NCBI GenBank assembly: GCA_043739185.1
Contig: JAYUEN010000075.1
Coordinates: forward strand, 1 to 57,685
Length of the DNA stretch: 57,685 bases
Reading direction: 5' to 3'
From: Bdellovibrionales bacterium
GTDB taxonomy: Bacteria; Bdellovibrionota; Bdellovibrionia; Bdellovibrionales; JAMPXM01
Below the pieces are notes generated by a model that saw only the letters and a list, made by a program, of their open reading frames with translations, made no database searches and was not told the DNA's origin. Made by a program: the position numbers and the translations under genes. Shown here in pieces: positions 46,943 to 57,219 of this stretch (positions are counted from its first letter, which is position 1; the number at the start of each line of letters is the position of its first letter).

Positions 46943-47581
46943 ATGCTTAAACTGAACGAAATTTTTTTTAGTATTCAAGGCGAAAGCTCACAATGCGGGC
47001 GGCCCTGCATATTCATTCGTCTCACTGGCTGCAAACTGCGCTGCACCTATTGCGATACCAAGTATGCTTACTTCGAAGGGGACATGGTCAGTATTGATGA
47101 GATTTTAAACCGCATTCAAGCATATCCTTGTCGTTTAGTTGAAGTAACCGGCGGCGAACCTATGGAACAAAAGGAAACCCCAGCCTTGCTGAGCGCTTTG
47201 CTTGAAGCTGGATATGAAGTTATGCTTGAAACCGACGGCGCTGAAGATTTATCTAGTGTTCCTCAAGGTGTTCGCACCATCATGGATGTGAAAACCCCAG
47301 GCAGTAAAATGAACAATCCTAAAAGCGCAAAAAATTTAAAACATCTTCGACCAGGAGATGAAATCAAATTCGTTATTTGCAGCGAAGAAGATTATGAGTT
47401 TTCGAAAAATTTTATTCGTGAACATGCACTGGCTGACAAAGCCTTTACGCTGCTGATGTCCCCGGCCCTGCCACAAGAGAATTTGACCTGGCTACCTGAA
47501 CGAATTTTACGGGACGCTTTGCCCGTCCGCATGCAGATTCAAATGCATAAAGTGATTTGGGGCGATCAGCGCGGCGTCTAA
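46943..47581 (+). CDS. queE: 7-carboxy-7-deazaguanine synthase (radical SAM)
   Basis: EIFFSIQGE, FIRLTGCKLRCTYCDT, TGGEP, QMHK.IWG. Confidence 0.92.
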   Translation: MLKLNEIFFSIQGESSQCGRPCIFIRLTGCKLRCTYCDTKYAYFEGDMVSIDEILNRIQAYPCRLVEVTGGEPMEQKETPALLSALLEAGYEVMLETDGAEDLSSVPQGVRTIMDVKTPGSKMNNPKSAKNLKHLRPGDEIKFVICSEEDYEFSKNFIREHALADKAFTLLMSPALPQENLTWLPERILRDALPVRMQIQMHKVIWGDQRGV

Positions 47582-47591
47582 ATGACGAGCC

Positions 47592-48494
47592 CTAAGGACC
47601 TTGCGGAAGTCCGGGTGTCGGCGTATCAGTTGAATTTTCAACGATATCTAACTCAAGACTGAGAGCATCGGTAGCTGCGATATCCATCAAGTAAGGTTGG
47701 CCGATCGCACTGATCAAGGTTTTGGTATTTGCTTTCGGCAAAACAACATCAACGACATTGTAGGCTGTCACTTCACCTGCAAGATTCCCGTTTATATAAA
47801 CATGTATTCCGCGCACATGAATATTCGAGGCTGAGTTATTTAAGATTGTTGGGTTCATAAATACATAGTTGTAAGCATTGTTTCCGGGCCCAATTGGATG
47901 AATGTCGACATAGACTTTAATTTGCAAAGTTCCCACGATATTTTTGATATTGCTGACATCTTTACTTAAATCCCACGAAATGACTTGAGCGGTGCCCACT
48001 CCATAAGTTGGACCAGCAATTGTAAGTCCCATTGCTTTTTGCGAAGTTGCGATCACTCCAGAATTTCCACCAGCCGCACAATTGGTAGAAGTCTTCCAGG
48101 TCGACATAATGGGTGTGATAGAGGCATTGTTTTGCGTACCGGTATGTGGTGGCGCATGGCCAGGATTCGTCGCATAAGAAGCGATGGTGGCAGCTGTAAG
48201 TAAAGCAAAACTTTGATAAGCAAAAGCGGGATTGGGATCAGCAAAAGCGCCTAACCCAGGACCAGCCCCGGTGTGGCATGAAACACAATTTTGGGTTGTA
48301 AAGGGATAAAAGGTACTTTGAAAAAGTGCTTGCGAGCCAGCTTCGCACGCATTCAAACTTGCATAAGTCACGCCCTCACCGTTGGCCATGAATGCTCCAC
48401 CACAATTTTGGTAGACCAAGACAACAGAAAATAGGGCTAATAATATTTTCAGCTTACGTACATACATAAGATACCCCAACAAACGTCTATTCAT
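47592..48494 (-). CDS. Monohaem c-type lipoprotein with C-terminal beta domain
   Basis: VYQNCG, F..T.YP.....CVSCH, distal PGH. Confidence 0.78.
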   Translation of the reverse strand: MNRRLLGYLMYVRKLKILLALFSVVLVYQNCGGAFMANGEGVTYASLNACEAGSQALFQSTFYPFTTQNCVSCHTGAGPGLGAFADPNPAFAYQSFALLTAATIASYATNPGHAPPHTGTQNNASITPIMSTWKTSTNCAAGGNSGVIATSQKAMGLTIAGPTYGVGTAQVISWDLSKDVSNIKNIVGTLQIKVYVDIHPIGPGNNAYNYVFMNPTILNNSASNIHVRGIHVYINGNLAGEVTAYNVVDVVLPKANTKTLISAIGQPYLMDIAATDALSLELDIVENSTDTPTPGLPQGP

Positions 48495-48499
48495 TTTCC

Positions 48500-50092
48500 T
48501 TAGGCAAATTTTAATATTTTCGCTAAAGTGGCCGGATCAATATCCGCCGAAGTATTTGGCGCAATAACTTTATTAAATAAAGTTTGAGCTTTAGCGGGAT
48601 CCGCAAATTGCAAATAGTTACGATATACGAAAGTCGCTGCTCGTGCGGCATCCGAGCCCACACCTGTTGAAGGATCCGCGCCTTGTGATGATGTAAATGC
48701 TCCCATTTGATAACCTGCAAAGCCCGGTTGCATATTCGGTCGGCCCTTTGGATCGTAAGCAATCATAAATTGAGCTCCACCGACTCCTCGGTCTCCGCTC
48801 CAATCCGTAACATTGGTTCCGACATTTGAGCCCGTTGCTCCATCCGCAGTCACATGAATGAAAACTCGCTTTCCTAGTGCTGCCGCATTTGCCAAAATAT
48901 AGCCAACCAAGGTTCCATTTCTAAAATCCACTGGGTCGGTTGTAGTTCGAGGATTGCCATGATAATCATTACTGCCAAGATTAATGCCCACGGTGCCGCT
49001 TTTTCCGGTCAAACAATTGTAAACCATTCCTGCGAAAGCATAGCGAGAAGCATTGCTCATTCCGTTCATAGTATTATTATTCGCCAACTGCCATACGGCA
49101 TTGGTGCCGGCATCATTTTTGGGATCGAGGGCGGATGTTCCTGAACTTGATAAATCATAATTTTTACCTGTCGCACAGCTCACAAGACTTCCCAATGTCT
49201 GGGCCGATCCTGAACCGTTGGCACTTGCTAAGCTTCGTGCCTGACTTCCACTCAAGTTTTTAACTAAATTTAATATGGATTGAAAGAGTTTTGGGTCATT
49301 GTTCAGTTGAGCTCGAACTTTTGTATGCAAAGAAATCGCGTTTGTAAGGTCAGCAAAGGATCCGACAACCGAAGGTGCAGATGGATTGATGACGGCTGGC
49401 ATATTTGAAATACCTGTAGCTGTTGGCTCTGTTCCTAACGAAGGAAGAGTATCACCCACAAAACCCGAAGCTTGCACAAGTCCCGTTATATTAACTGGAT
49501 TGGCGCTCGAATCATCCTGTGATTGGATTAAGACATTGCACCACGACGTTTTAGCCTGAATATCCGGATTGATCGCAAGCAATACACCTTGAATAAATTG
49601 ACTCACATAAGGGAGAACTGGATCGGCGGCTCCGGGAGGTAGTCCTGTTGATGCTGGTGTTCCGGCAGTTATTGTTGAAGCTGGACTTATTGGAGCACCC
49701 GTACCCGAATAAACCGTTGCGCCTCCGTAAACAGGAAATGGCACTCCGTTAAAAATAGTCTGTATATTGGGAGCCGTCCCCATTCCAACGCTACTATACG
49801 AAGAAATCGGCGCGCCGTTTTTATCCATTGGAATAAAACTACCGGTCATTCCGGGTCCGCCGGACAAATTGACGTTAATAAAAGCCGGTAAGGTATTAAC
49901 CGTAGCAGCTGCGCATCCTGCCGCCTGCGCATAAGAGCTTGTGAACAGCGTTTGTAAAATGGATGGGGCAAATACAGTCCCCGAAAAACTTGCAATACCC
50001 GAAGACAAAAATTCACGACGCGTGGTCGGCTTTTTGTGATCGGTATGTAGAAATATCGGAAGGCCGTCGGCGTTGTATAATTGCTTTTTCAT
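48500..50092 (-). CDS. Tat-exported protein, DUF1501/DUF1552-like
   Basis: H..HKKPTTRREFL twin-arginine motif, NL.GG, G..DYH, W.GD motifs; start ATG 50092 after GGGGGAAA. Confidence 0.7.
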   Translation of the reverse strand: MKKQLYNADGLPIFLHTDHKKPTTRREFLSSGIASFSGTVFAPSILQTLFTSSYAQAAGCAAATVNTLPAFINVNLSGGPGMTGSFIPMDKNGAPISSYSSVGMGTAPNIQTIFNGVPFPVYGGATVYSGTGAPISPASTITAGTPASTGLPPGAADPVLPYVSQFIQGVLLAINPDIQAKTSWCNVLIQSQDDSSANPVNITGLVQASGFVGDTLPSLGTEPTATGISNMPAVINPSAPSVVGSFADLTNAISLHTKVRAQLNNDPKLFQSILNLVKNLSGSQARSLASANGSGSAQTLGSLVSCATGKNYDLSSSGTSALDPKNDAGTNAVWQLANNNTMNGMSNASRYAFAGMVYNCLTGKSGTVGINLGSNDYHGNPRTTTDPVDFRNGTLVGYILANAAALGKRVFIHVTADGATGSNVGTNVTDWSGDRGVGGAQFMIAYDPKGRPNMQPGFAGYQMGAFTSSQGADPSTGVGSDAARAATFVYRNYLQFADPAKAQTLFNKVIAPNTSADIDPATLAKILKFA

Positions 50093-50136
50093 TATTTCCC
50101 CCAAGTAAAAAAATCAAACTCCAAAAACATTAAATT

Positions 50137-50841
50137 CTAAAGACTGGTTGTTCGCTTGTGTGCATCCATTGATGAGAGCATTGCTGTACAGAGATAATAA
50201 AGCATCGTATTCGATCCTGAATTTACCGGATCCGTTTTGGGATTGCCCGCAGTTTGGCTGCCGCCAGGAGCTCGAATGTCAGCAAATGCAGCATCCATTG
50301 AAGCGATGATTGTTGCGCTTTCATCCGAACTTGGCATACGTCCCCAATATGATCTAGCAAAGCGATTAACCGAATCTTGAATCTGTGCATCGGTTATCAT
50401 AGGCGGAGGCGCCCATAAATTAAATTGCACCGCAAAGTTAGCTGGAGATCCAGCTTTTACAAGTTTTGCTTCGTTCGCCATTACGTCAATGCAGCCAAGT
50501 CCTGATAGACTTGATACCGCCATCCACATCGGCCCATTTACGGAACTTGGATCACCAGTATTAGAAATTGAGGCACCCAATGCATTTAATTCCGCAGAAG
50601 AAATCGTAGATGTGCCAATACTTTGTTTGGTCACATTCAACATCGAATTATAAACCTGCCGCATCGTCACCACTCCGACTGTATTTGCTTTTACCTGGCT
50701 AAATGAAGCGGAGTTATTTGATGAATCTTGCAAAAGTCCCTTGCTACAGTTTTGAAAAATGACGGTTGAAATCACCGCAGAAAACAAAACTCCTACTGCC
50801 ACTTTGGGTCTGAAGAGAATTCTTTGTTTCAAGTTTTTCAT
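50137..50841 (-). CDS. Hypothetical lipoprotein (DUF1595-like helical C-terminus)
   Basis: IFQNCS; FARSYWGRMPSSDE...LCTAMLSS pattern. Confidence 0.7.
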   Translation of the reverse strand: MKNLKQRILFRPKVAVGVLFSAVISTVIFQNCSKGLLQDSSNNSASFSQVKANTVGVVTMRQVYNSMLNVTKQSIGTSTISSAELNALGASISNTGDPSSVNGPMWMAVSSLSGLGCIDVMANEAKLVKAGSPANFAVQFNLWAPPPMITDAQIQDSVNRFARSYWGRMPSSDESATIIASMDAAFADIRAPGGSQTAGNPKTDPVNSGSNTMLYYLCTAMLSSMDAHKRTTSL

Positions 50842-50918
50842 ATTCTTCCTCGTTTTCTTAAACTCAATCTAAATTAAAGCTTTCAACACTGAACTAAACT
50901 ATTCTAAAACCTATTTCT

Positions 50919-52466
50919 CTAGTTTAAACTTCCTAAGCATGCGGGCTGAACGGCTACCTTTTCAAAAAGATTTCTCAGTAAATACCCACTCGATTCAAAG
51001 TCTGTAGCAAGACTCTCCACCAACTGCGATTCAGACGCTATGTCTGGCGCCCTCATACAAACTTCAGTAAATACTCTGCGCACCATACATTTACTAAAAC
51101 CGAATGATCCAGCTAGTAATGCGCCGAACTGGGCAAGCCCTTGTCCTGAAGCGGGACCTCTCCATCCAAATTGATTCGCATCTATAGCGCCAGTGGCGTA
51201 GTTGACCCAACGGTCATCTGTCACTGGATAGCCCTGCGGAAATTCGAAGGCATCTGAATTTCCAGCTGTCATTTTATTCATTTTATAAGCTACCCAATTT
51301 GGGTAACCATTCATATTGGTTGGACTGGCTTTAGTTCCACCGCTATTTTTTGGTCCATTGTCTGAAGCTTGTGGAATTGGGTTCAGGCTTGAATCCACAT
51401 GGTAAAGTGGGTAGTAAGCAATCGCCATATCATTGATCGGACCACCGAAATCATAGTGGGCATATGCTGGTCTGAAACCATCCATCACCGCGTGACAAGC
51501 CTTACATGTTGTTTGATATGTTGCCACGTTTCCACCTGGGGCGCGATCGACGTCACGGCCTACGTGGTCGTCCGGCATCGAAGCATCCGCCATATTAGCC
51601 ATCGGCGTACACATGAATTCTCTGAAGGAATATTCTACCGCTCTGCGATTTGTTCCGGCGGTCTCAGTTGATAAACTCCATGCACGAGTTGTTAACAAAC
51701 CTGCTGGATCTGGATTCGGAACCGGGTTTCCTTGAACTCCGTTGCCGGCAACGTCTCGATTTGCGAGAACCAATTGTCCATTGACTCGAGTTAAGACATT
51801 GAACAGTGAAAGATTCAAACTTTCGATAAAACGATAGTAATCATTGTAGATCATCATATTGAGAAATTTAGGTGCCGCTAAATTAATTTGATCTGTGCCG
51901 TCCGCATTTGGCGGCAGCCCAATGATTTGCTGGGGATTGCCGGCTGAATCGTAAGTATAGCCAAGTGCTGGATCCATTTGATAAGTGAAGTTACCTGTTA
52001 GCAATTCTTTAGCGCTAATTCCATCGCGAACGATTCCCACACCAGTTGCTACTAAATCAGATAGTGGAGCTAAAATATTCTCTTCACGAGTCGAAATTTT
52101 TCGGAACATATCGGCCACTCTTATATTATAAAAGCTGGCATCGGCGGTTGCGATCTTCACCGCAGCAGCTTCATTGCCAGAGGCAATAAGCGGCTCCATA
52201 ACCAGGAGTCGACTGTCATCTATTGGCACAGGCACACCTGTGATACCAGTAAAAAGAACCAGCGCTCGTGCCCGAGCTGGTGAAATATCAGTTGAAGAAG
52301 CACCGCTACTATCTGCATGGGCTTTCTGGCTGCTCGACACATAAAATAGTGTATTTAGAAAATCAGATTGAGACTTTCCTACGCCTAAGGCTAAGGCGGC
52401 CGCCGATAAGGAAAGAAAACCGACAAGATATTTTCGTGCGAGATGGGTTGGTTTCCCTGGCTTCAT
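50919..52466 (-). CDS. Exported monohaem protein, DUF1588/DUF1585-like
   Basis: Signal/TM, AGLLTTRAW, AGTNRR, CKACH..MD, G..LA.S..F.KCMV.RVF...C.R; start ATG 52466 after GGGGGAAA. Confidence 0.72.
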   Translation of the reverse strand: MKPGKPTHLARKYLVGFLSLSAAALALGVGKSQSDFLNTLFYVSSSQKAHADSSGASSTDISPARARALVLFTGITGVPVPIDDSRLLVMEPLIASGNEAAAVKIATADASFYNIRVADMFRKISTREENILAPLSDLVATGVGIVRDGISAKELLTGNFTYQMDPALGYTYDSAGNPQQIIGLPPNADGTDQINLAAPKFLNMMIYNDYYRFIESLNLSLFNVLTRVNGQLVLANRDVAGNGVQGNPVPNPDPAGLLTTRAWSLSTETAGTNRRAVEYSFREFMCTPMANMADASMPDDHVGRDVDRAPGGNVATYQTTCKACHAVMDGFRPAYAHYDFGGPINDMAIAYYPLYHVDSSLNPIPQASDNGPKNSGGTKASPTNMNGYPNWVAYKMNKMTAGNSDAFEFPQGYPVTDDRWVNYATGAIDANQFGWRGPASGQGLAQFGALLAGSFGFSKCMVRRVFTEVCMRAPDIASESQLVESLATDFESSGYLLRNLFEKVAVQPACLGSLN

Positions 52467-52773
52467 AATTTCCCCCAGTGTATCAGTACTAAACATTTTA
52501 CTAAGTTCATTCGGATAGTTAATTTGCAATGGCGGAGCCAGCGGGCTGTGCCCTAAAATGCCCAAAGGTCTAGCGAGATGCCTTAGATTTTGACGTTCGC
52601 CCAACTTTTTTACGAAAAGCAATAATTGGCATTTGGCGACATAGACTAATCACTCTCCATAAAGAATAAGATTTCATAGACGCCACACTGGGTTCCGATT
52701 GCAAAGCCCTACAATTAGGTGATAACTATTCTTGTATCAAAATGAGATTTTAACCAAATCATACGGAGGAAGA

Positions 52774-53133
52774 ATGCGACCTGAACTGAACCTCAAAAAA
52801 GTGAAAGAAGAACTCGCCAAATTAACGGATGTTGAATACCTAAAAAAGGAATTGCATCGGCTTGCAAACGAAATCAAAAACTATGACCTCAATACCCACC
52901 TTACCCCGCAAGCCAAAGCGAAATTGAAAACACTTGAAAAGCGCTTTCAAGAAATACGCAAAGCCGTCATTCGAGCTGAAAAGCAAATCGGCTTAGAAGT
53001 TAACAAACTGGTGGTCATTCTAAGAAAAGCCTCTGCCGAGACTCAGGCCAAAGTGAGCTCTATTCGTTTAGGAAAGAAGAAGAAGTCCCAACGTAAAGCT
53101 TCGTCAAAAAAAGCCAGCAAGAAGACTGTTTAA
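52774..53133 (+). CDS. Hypothetical helical protein with Lys-rich tail (phasin-like architecture)
   Basis: GGAGGA RBS; coiled helices plus KKKKSQRKASSKKASKK tail. Confidence 0.7.
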   Translation: MRPELNLKKVKEELAKLTDVEYLKKELHRLANEIKNYDLNTHLTPQAKAKLKTLEKRFQEIRKAVIRAEKQIGLEVNKLVVILRKASAETQAKVSSIRLGKKKKSQRKASSKKASKKTV

Positions 53134-53182
53134 GTAGGCATATTGAATTGATTTGAGTTGCGCTATTTCACGGGGAGAAAAG

Positions 53183-56083
53183 ATGGATTTTTCAAAACTT
53201 GAAAATCATGACGAATTTATTCATAGACATATCGGTCCAAGCCCCGATGATATTCAGGCGGAGCTCAGGAGCCTTGGCTTAAAATCATTGGCTGAGCTGA
53301 CAGAGAAAACTGTTCCGCAAAAGATTTTGAGCTCGAAGTCCCTTGATTTAAAGCCCTCGATGAGCGAACAGAGCATGTTGGCAGAAGCCAGGGCCTTTGC
53401 TCAGAAAAACAAAGTCTACCAATCTTTTATTGGAGCAGGTTATTACGGTACCCTCACGCCGCATGTGATTTTAAGAAATATCTTAGAAAATCCGGGCTGG
53501 TATACGGCCTATACTCCCTATCAAGCTGAAATTTCACAGGGCCGACTAGAAGCCTTGCTTAATTTTCAGAGCATGGTGATTGACCTCACCGGTCTTCCTA
53601 TTGCGAATGCTTCGCTTTTAGATGAGGGCACCGCTGCCGCTGAAGCCATGCATTTGTGTTACTCTCACTCGAGTAAAAAGAATGCCAATAGTATTTTTGC
53701 TTCTCAAGATTGTCATCCGCAGACACTTGAAGTTTTACAAACTCGCTGCGAAGCGCTGGGCATTCAAGTGGTTATTGGGGATCATGAAAAATTCAATTTC
53801 GATGAAAGTGCGAGTGCAAAATTTTTTTCTTGTTTGATTCAGTATCCCACTTCGAGCGGTGAAATTTTTGACTATGCTGATTTTGTCAAAAGAGCTCATG
53901 ATCAAAAGATTAGCGTCATTGCCGCTTGTGATATTTTAGCGCTTAGTTTGCTCACACCTCCAGGAGAGTTTGGCGTCGATGTCGCCATTGGTTCAACGCA
54001 GAGATTTGGTGTACCCATTGGTTTTGGCGGTCCACACGCCGCTTATCTCGCGACCAAGGATGAACTGAAACGCTCGATGCCTGGCCGAATTATTGGTGTC
54101 TCAATTGATGCCAATAATAATCCGGCGATGCGACTTGCTTTGCAAACTCGTGAACAACATATTCGCCGCGAAAAGGCCACCAGCAATATTTGCACGGCGC
54201 AAGTTCTCTTGGCTGTCATCGCTGGAATGTACGCTGTATACCATGGCCCCAAAGGAATAACTAAAATTGCTAGGCGTATTCACCGATTGACTGCGAGTTT
54301 TGCAAGTGCAATGAAAAGTTTAGGCTATCAACAGCAGAATCGCTATTTCTTTGATACGCTCAGCTTTGAAATTGATATGCCAGGGGCACAAAAGTTAAAA
54401 TCTGCCAGTGAGAAACATGAGTTCAACCTTCGATGGGACTTTGGCGCTGCTTTCAAAAGTAAAATACTCTTTGGTTTGAGCTTTGATGAAACGACTACGC
54501 CAAAGCACGTAGAGGAACTTCTCAAGTTGTTTGCAGAAATCAAAACGCAAAATCAAACATTCAGCTTTTCGGAACTCGAAGCCAAGGCACAAGATCAAAT
54601 TCCGACTCGGCTACTAAGAAATTCAAAATTTTTAACTCATCCGGTTTTCAATAACTATCATTCTGAAACTGAAATGCTTCGTTATATATTTAAACTTCAG
54701 GGCAAAGACTTGTCTTTAGCGCACTCGATGATTCCACTCGGTAGCTGTACAATGAAACTAAATGCTACTGCTGAAATGATTCCGGTTACTTGGCCTGAAT
54801 TTTCGAATATGCATCCCTTTGCTCCTCAAAATCAGACGTTGGGTTATCAGGGTCTCATCAATGAGCTTGAAAATATGCTGATCGAAATCACTGGCTTTGC
54901 CGGGGTAAGTCTACAACCAAACGCTGGCTCACAAGGTGAATATGCAGGCTTACTTGCAATACGCAAATACCATCAAGGCCGTGGAGATTCGCACCGAAAT
55001 ATTTGTTTGATTCCTAGTTCAGCACACGGTACCAATCCTGCGAGCGCAGTCATGGCAGGCATGCAAGTCATCATCGTAGCCTGCGACTCAGACGGAAATG
55101 TAGACGTAAAAGATTTGGCTTCCAAAGCAACTTTACATTCAAAAAATTTAGCTGCTCTGATGATTACTTATCCCTCAACTCATGGAGTATTTGAGGAAGG
55201 CATTAAAGATATTTGCGACTGCATTCATCAAAATGGTGGCCAAGTTTATATGGATGGCGCAAACTTCAATGCTTTGGTTGGCCTTTGCCGACCAGGTGAA
55301 TTTGGTCCCGATGTTTGCCATCTCAATTTACATAAGACCTTTTGCATTCCCCATGGTGGCGGTGGCCCTGGCGTTGGTCCGATCGGTGTTCGAGAACATT
55401 TGATACAATATTTACCTACTACTACCAAAAACCTCAATTCGACACCCGTGCAAAGAGTCTCGAGCGCACCTTTCGGGAGTAGTTCTATTCTTTGTATTTC
55501 TTGGGCCTATATTAAAATGATGGGTGCTGAAGGACTGAAGAAAGCTACGCAAGTGGCAATTTTGAATGCCAACTATATGGCAGAGAAACTCTCTCAACAT
55601 TATCCGATCCTCTATCGTGGTAAAAATGGTTTTGTTGCGCATGAATGTATTTTAGATTTGCGGCCCCTAAAGGCCTTTGGTGTAGAAGCTGAAGATGTTT
55701 CTAAACGCCTTATGGATTACGGCTTTCATGCTCCCACAATGTCTTGGCCAGTTACCGGCACTTTGATGCTAGAGCCAACCGAAAGTGAGTCGAAAGCAGA
55801 GCTCGATCGCTATTGCAATGCCATGATTCAAATTCGCGAAGAAATTCGACTCATCGAAACTGGCAAAATTGACAAACTCAATAATCCTTTGAAGCGAGCA
55901 CCGCATACACAGGCCGACGTCATGGGGACCATTTGGGATCGACCTTACTCGAGAGAAACCGCTTGTTTTCCGGCAACTTGGCTTAAAGATAATAAATTTT
56001 GGCCTGCAGTTGCGCGCGTGAATAACCCTCACGGCGATCGCAATTTAGTCTGCTCTTGTCTGCCTATTGAGAGCTTTCAGTAG
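53183..56083 (+). CDS. gcvP: Glycine dehydrogenase (glycine cleavage P protein)
   Basis: [62 protein letters not shown]. Confidence 0.98.
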   Translation: MDFSKLENHDEFIHRHIGPSPDDIQAELRSLGLKSLAELTEKTVPQKILSSKSLDLKPSMSEQSMLAEARAFAQKNKVYQSFIGAGYYGTLTPHVILRNILENPGWYTAYTPYQAEISQGRLEALLNFQSMVIDLTGLPIANASLLDEGTAAAEAMHLCYSHSSKKNANSIFASQDCHPQTLEVLQTRCEALGIQVVIGDHEKFNFDESASAKFFSCLIQYPTSSGEIFDYADFVKRAHDQKISVIAACDILALSLLTPPGEFGVDVAIGSTQRFGVPIGFGGPHAAYLATKDELKRSMPGRIIGVSIDANNNPAMRLALQTREQHIRREKATSNICTAQVLLAVIAGMYAVYHGPKGITKIARRIHRLTASFASAMKSLGYQQQNRYFFDTLSFEIDMPGAQKLKSASEKHEFNLRWDFGAAFKSKILFGLSFDETTTPKHVEELLKLFAEIKTQNQTFSFSELEAKAQDQIPTRLLRNSKFLTHPVFNNYHSETEMLRYIFKLQGKDLSLAHSMIPLGSCTMKLNATAEMIPVTWPEFSNMHPFAPQNQTLGYQGLINELENMLIEITGFAGVSLQPNAGSQGEYAGLLAIRKYHQGRGDSHRNICLIPSSAHGTNPASAVMAGMQVIIVACDSDGNVDVKDLASKATLHSKNLAALMITYPSTHGVFEEGIKDICDCIHQNGGQVYMDGANFNALVGLCRPGEFGPDVCHLNLHKTFCIPHGGGGPGVGPIGVREHLIQYLPTTTKNLNSTPVQRVSSAPFGSSSILCISWAYIKMMGAEGLKKATQVAILNANYMAEKLSQHYPILYRGKNGFVAHECILDLRPLKAFGVEAEDVSKRLMDYGFHAPTMSWPVTGTLMLEPTESESKAELDRYCNAMIQIREEIRLIETGKIDKLNNPLKRAPHTQADVMGTIWDRPYSRETACFPATWLKDNKFWPAVARVNNPHGDRNLVCSCLPIESFQ

Positions 56084-56085
56084 CA

Positions 56086-57219
56086 ATGGCAGCAAAACAA
56101 AAAAAGAAGCTTGGTCTTGTACTCTCTGGCGGCGGAGCCCGCGGAGCTTATCAAGCCGGCGTGATGCAAGCTCTGACTGAAATTTTTGAGACCGAGAAAA
56201 CCAAAGTTTCAGTTATCACCGGCGCAAGTGCCGGCGCCATTAGCGCGAGCTTTTTAGCTTCCCACTGGGAGAATCCGCGAATTGCCGCCGAGAAATTGAA
56301 TTTACTTTGGTCAAGTCTTCATGCGGATCAGGTTTATAAAACCGATGCCTTCTCACTAGGTAAAATTGGTCTGAAGTGGGCGCTCGACACGACCTTTGGT
56401 GCCTTTTATGATAAAAAGATGGCGCGCTCACTCTTAAATACAGATCCTTTGCGAAAGCTCATTGGCGAAAATGTTTCAATTGAAAAAATCGGCCAGAATC
56501 TACAAGACGGATGTCTTGAGTCTCTCTCTGTTACCGCTATGGATTACGCAAGTGCCACAAGCGTGAGCTTTGTTCAGGCCGCTCAGAAACTTCCAATGTG
56601 GGATCGCTATCGTAGACGGGGCGAACAAGATCTCATTGGTGTGGATCACATTTTAGGATCGAGTGCAATTCCACTGTTTTTTCCGCCAGTACAAATTGGC
56701 AGTCGTTTTTTCGGAGATGGCTGTGTTCGCAATACTGCCCCTGTGAGTTCTGCCATTCATCTCGGTGCTGAGAAAATAATTGTGGTCAGCGTGCGTAGAC
56801 CAGATAGCGCAGCCCCCCCGATTGCACCAGACTATGAACCAACTATTGCGCGTGTTTTAGGTGTCATCATGAATGCCCTCTTACTCGATGCCATCGACCT
56901 CGATATGGAGAGACTTGATCGCATCAATCGCACTTTAGACAATATTGAAAATGATAGACTTGAAACTTTGAATCTTCGAAAAATCGAACACTTTTGGATC
57001 AGACCTTCTTTGGACATCGGTCACTTTGCGAGCGGAAATTTTGAACGCATGCCACCTGTCATCCGCTATTTACTCGGAGGACTCGGATCGAGTCGAGAAT
57101 CCTCTGAAATTACCAGCTACTTACTCTTTGAGCCAGAGTTCTGCGCAAAACTAGTTGAAGTTGGGTACCGAGATACCATTGCTCAAACCAAAGAACTCAA
57201 AGCCTTTTTGAATTCTTAA
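56086..57219 (+). CDS. Patatin-like phospholipase
   Basis: LSGGGARGAYQ, GASAG, GDG motifs. Confidence 0.92.
   Translation: MAAKQKKKLGLVLSGGGARGAYQAGVMQALTEIFETEKTKVSVITGASAGAISASFLASHWENPRIAAEKLNLLWSSLHADQVYKTDAFSLGKIGLKWALDTTFGAFYDKKMARSLLNTDPLRKLIGENVSIEKIGQNLQDGCLESLSVTAMDYASATSVSFVQAAQKLPMWDRYRRRGEQDLIGVDHILGSSAIPLFFPPVQIGSRFFGDGCVRNTAPVSSAIHLGAEKIIVVSVRRPDSAAPPIAPDYEPTIARVLGVIMNALLLDAIDLDMERLDRINRTLDNIENDRLETLNLRKIEHFWIRPSLDIGHFASGNFERMPPVIRYLLGGLGSSRESSEITSYLLFEPEFCAKLVEVGYRDTIAQTKELKAFLNS

Noticed and set aside
46943..47581. queE as marker of a 7-deazaguanine DNA-modification (dpd) system or RiPP maturase
   Set aside because: No dpdA/tgt, queC/queD or precursor peptide nearby; typical stand-alone QueE for queuosine synthesis
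52467..52773. c-di-GMP/cGAMP (GEMM-I) riboswitch or FliA promoter upstream of the Tat/haem operon
   Set aside because: No GEMM-I core motifs recognisable by eye; TCCGAATG lacks a matching -35. An Infernal search would be needed to exclude it fully
53134..53182. Glycine riboswitch before gcvP
   Set aside because: Only about 50 nt intergenic; no aptamer motifs
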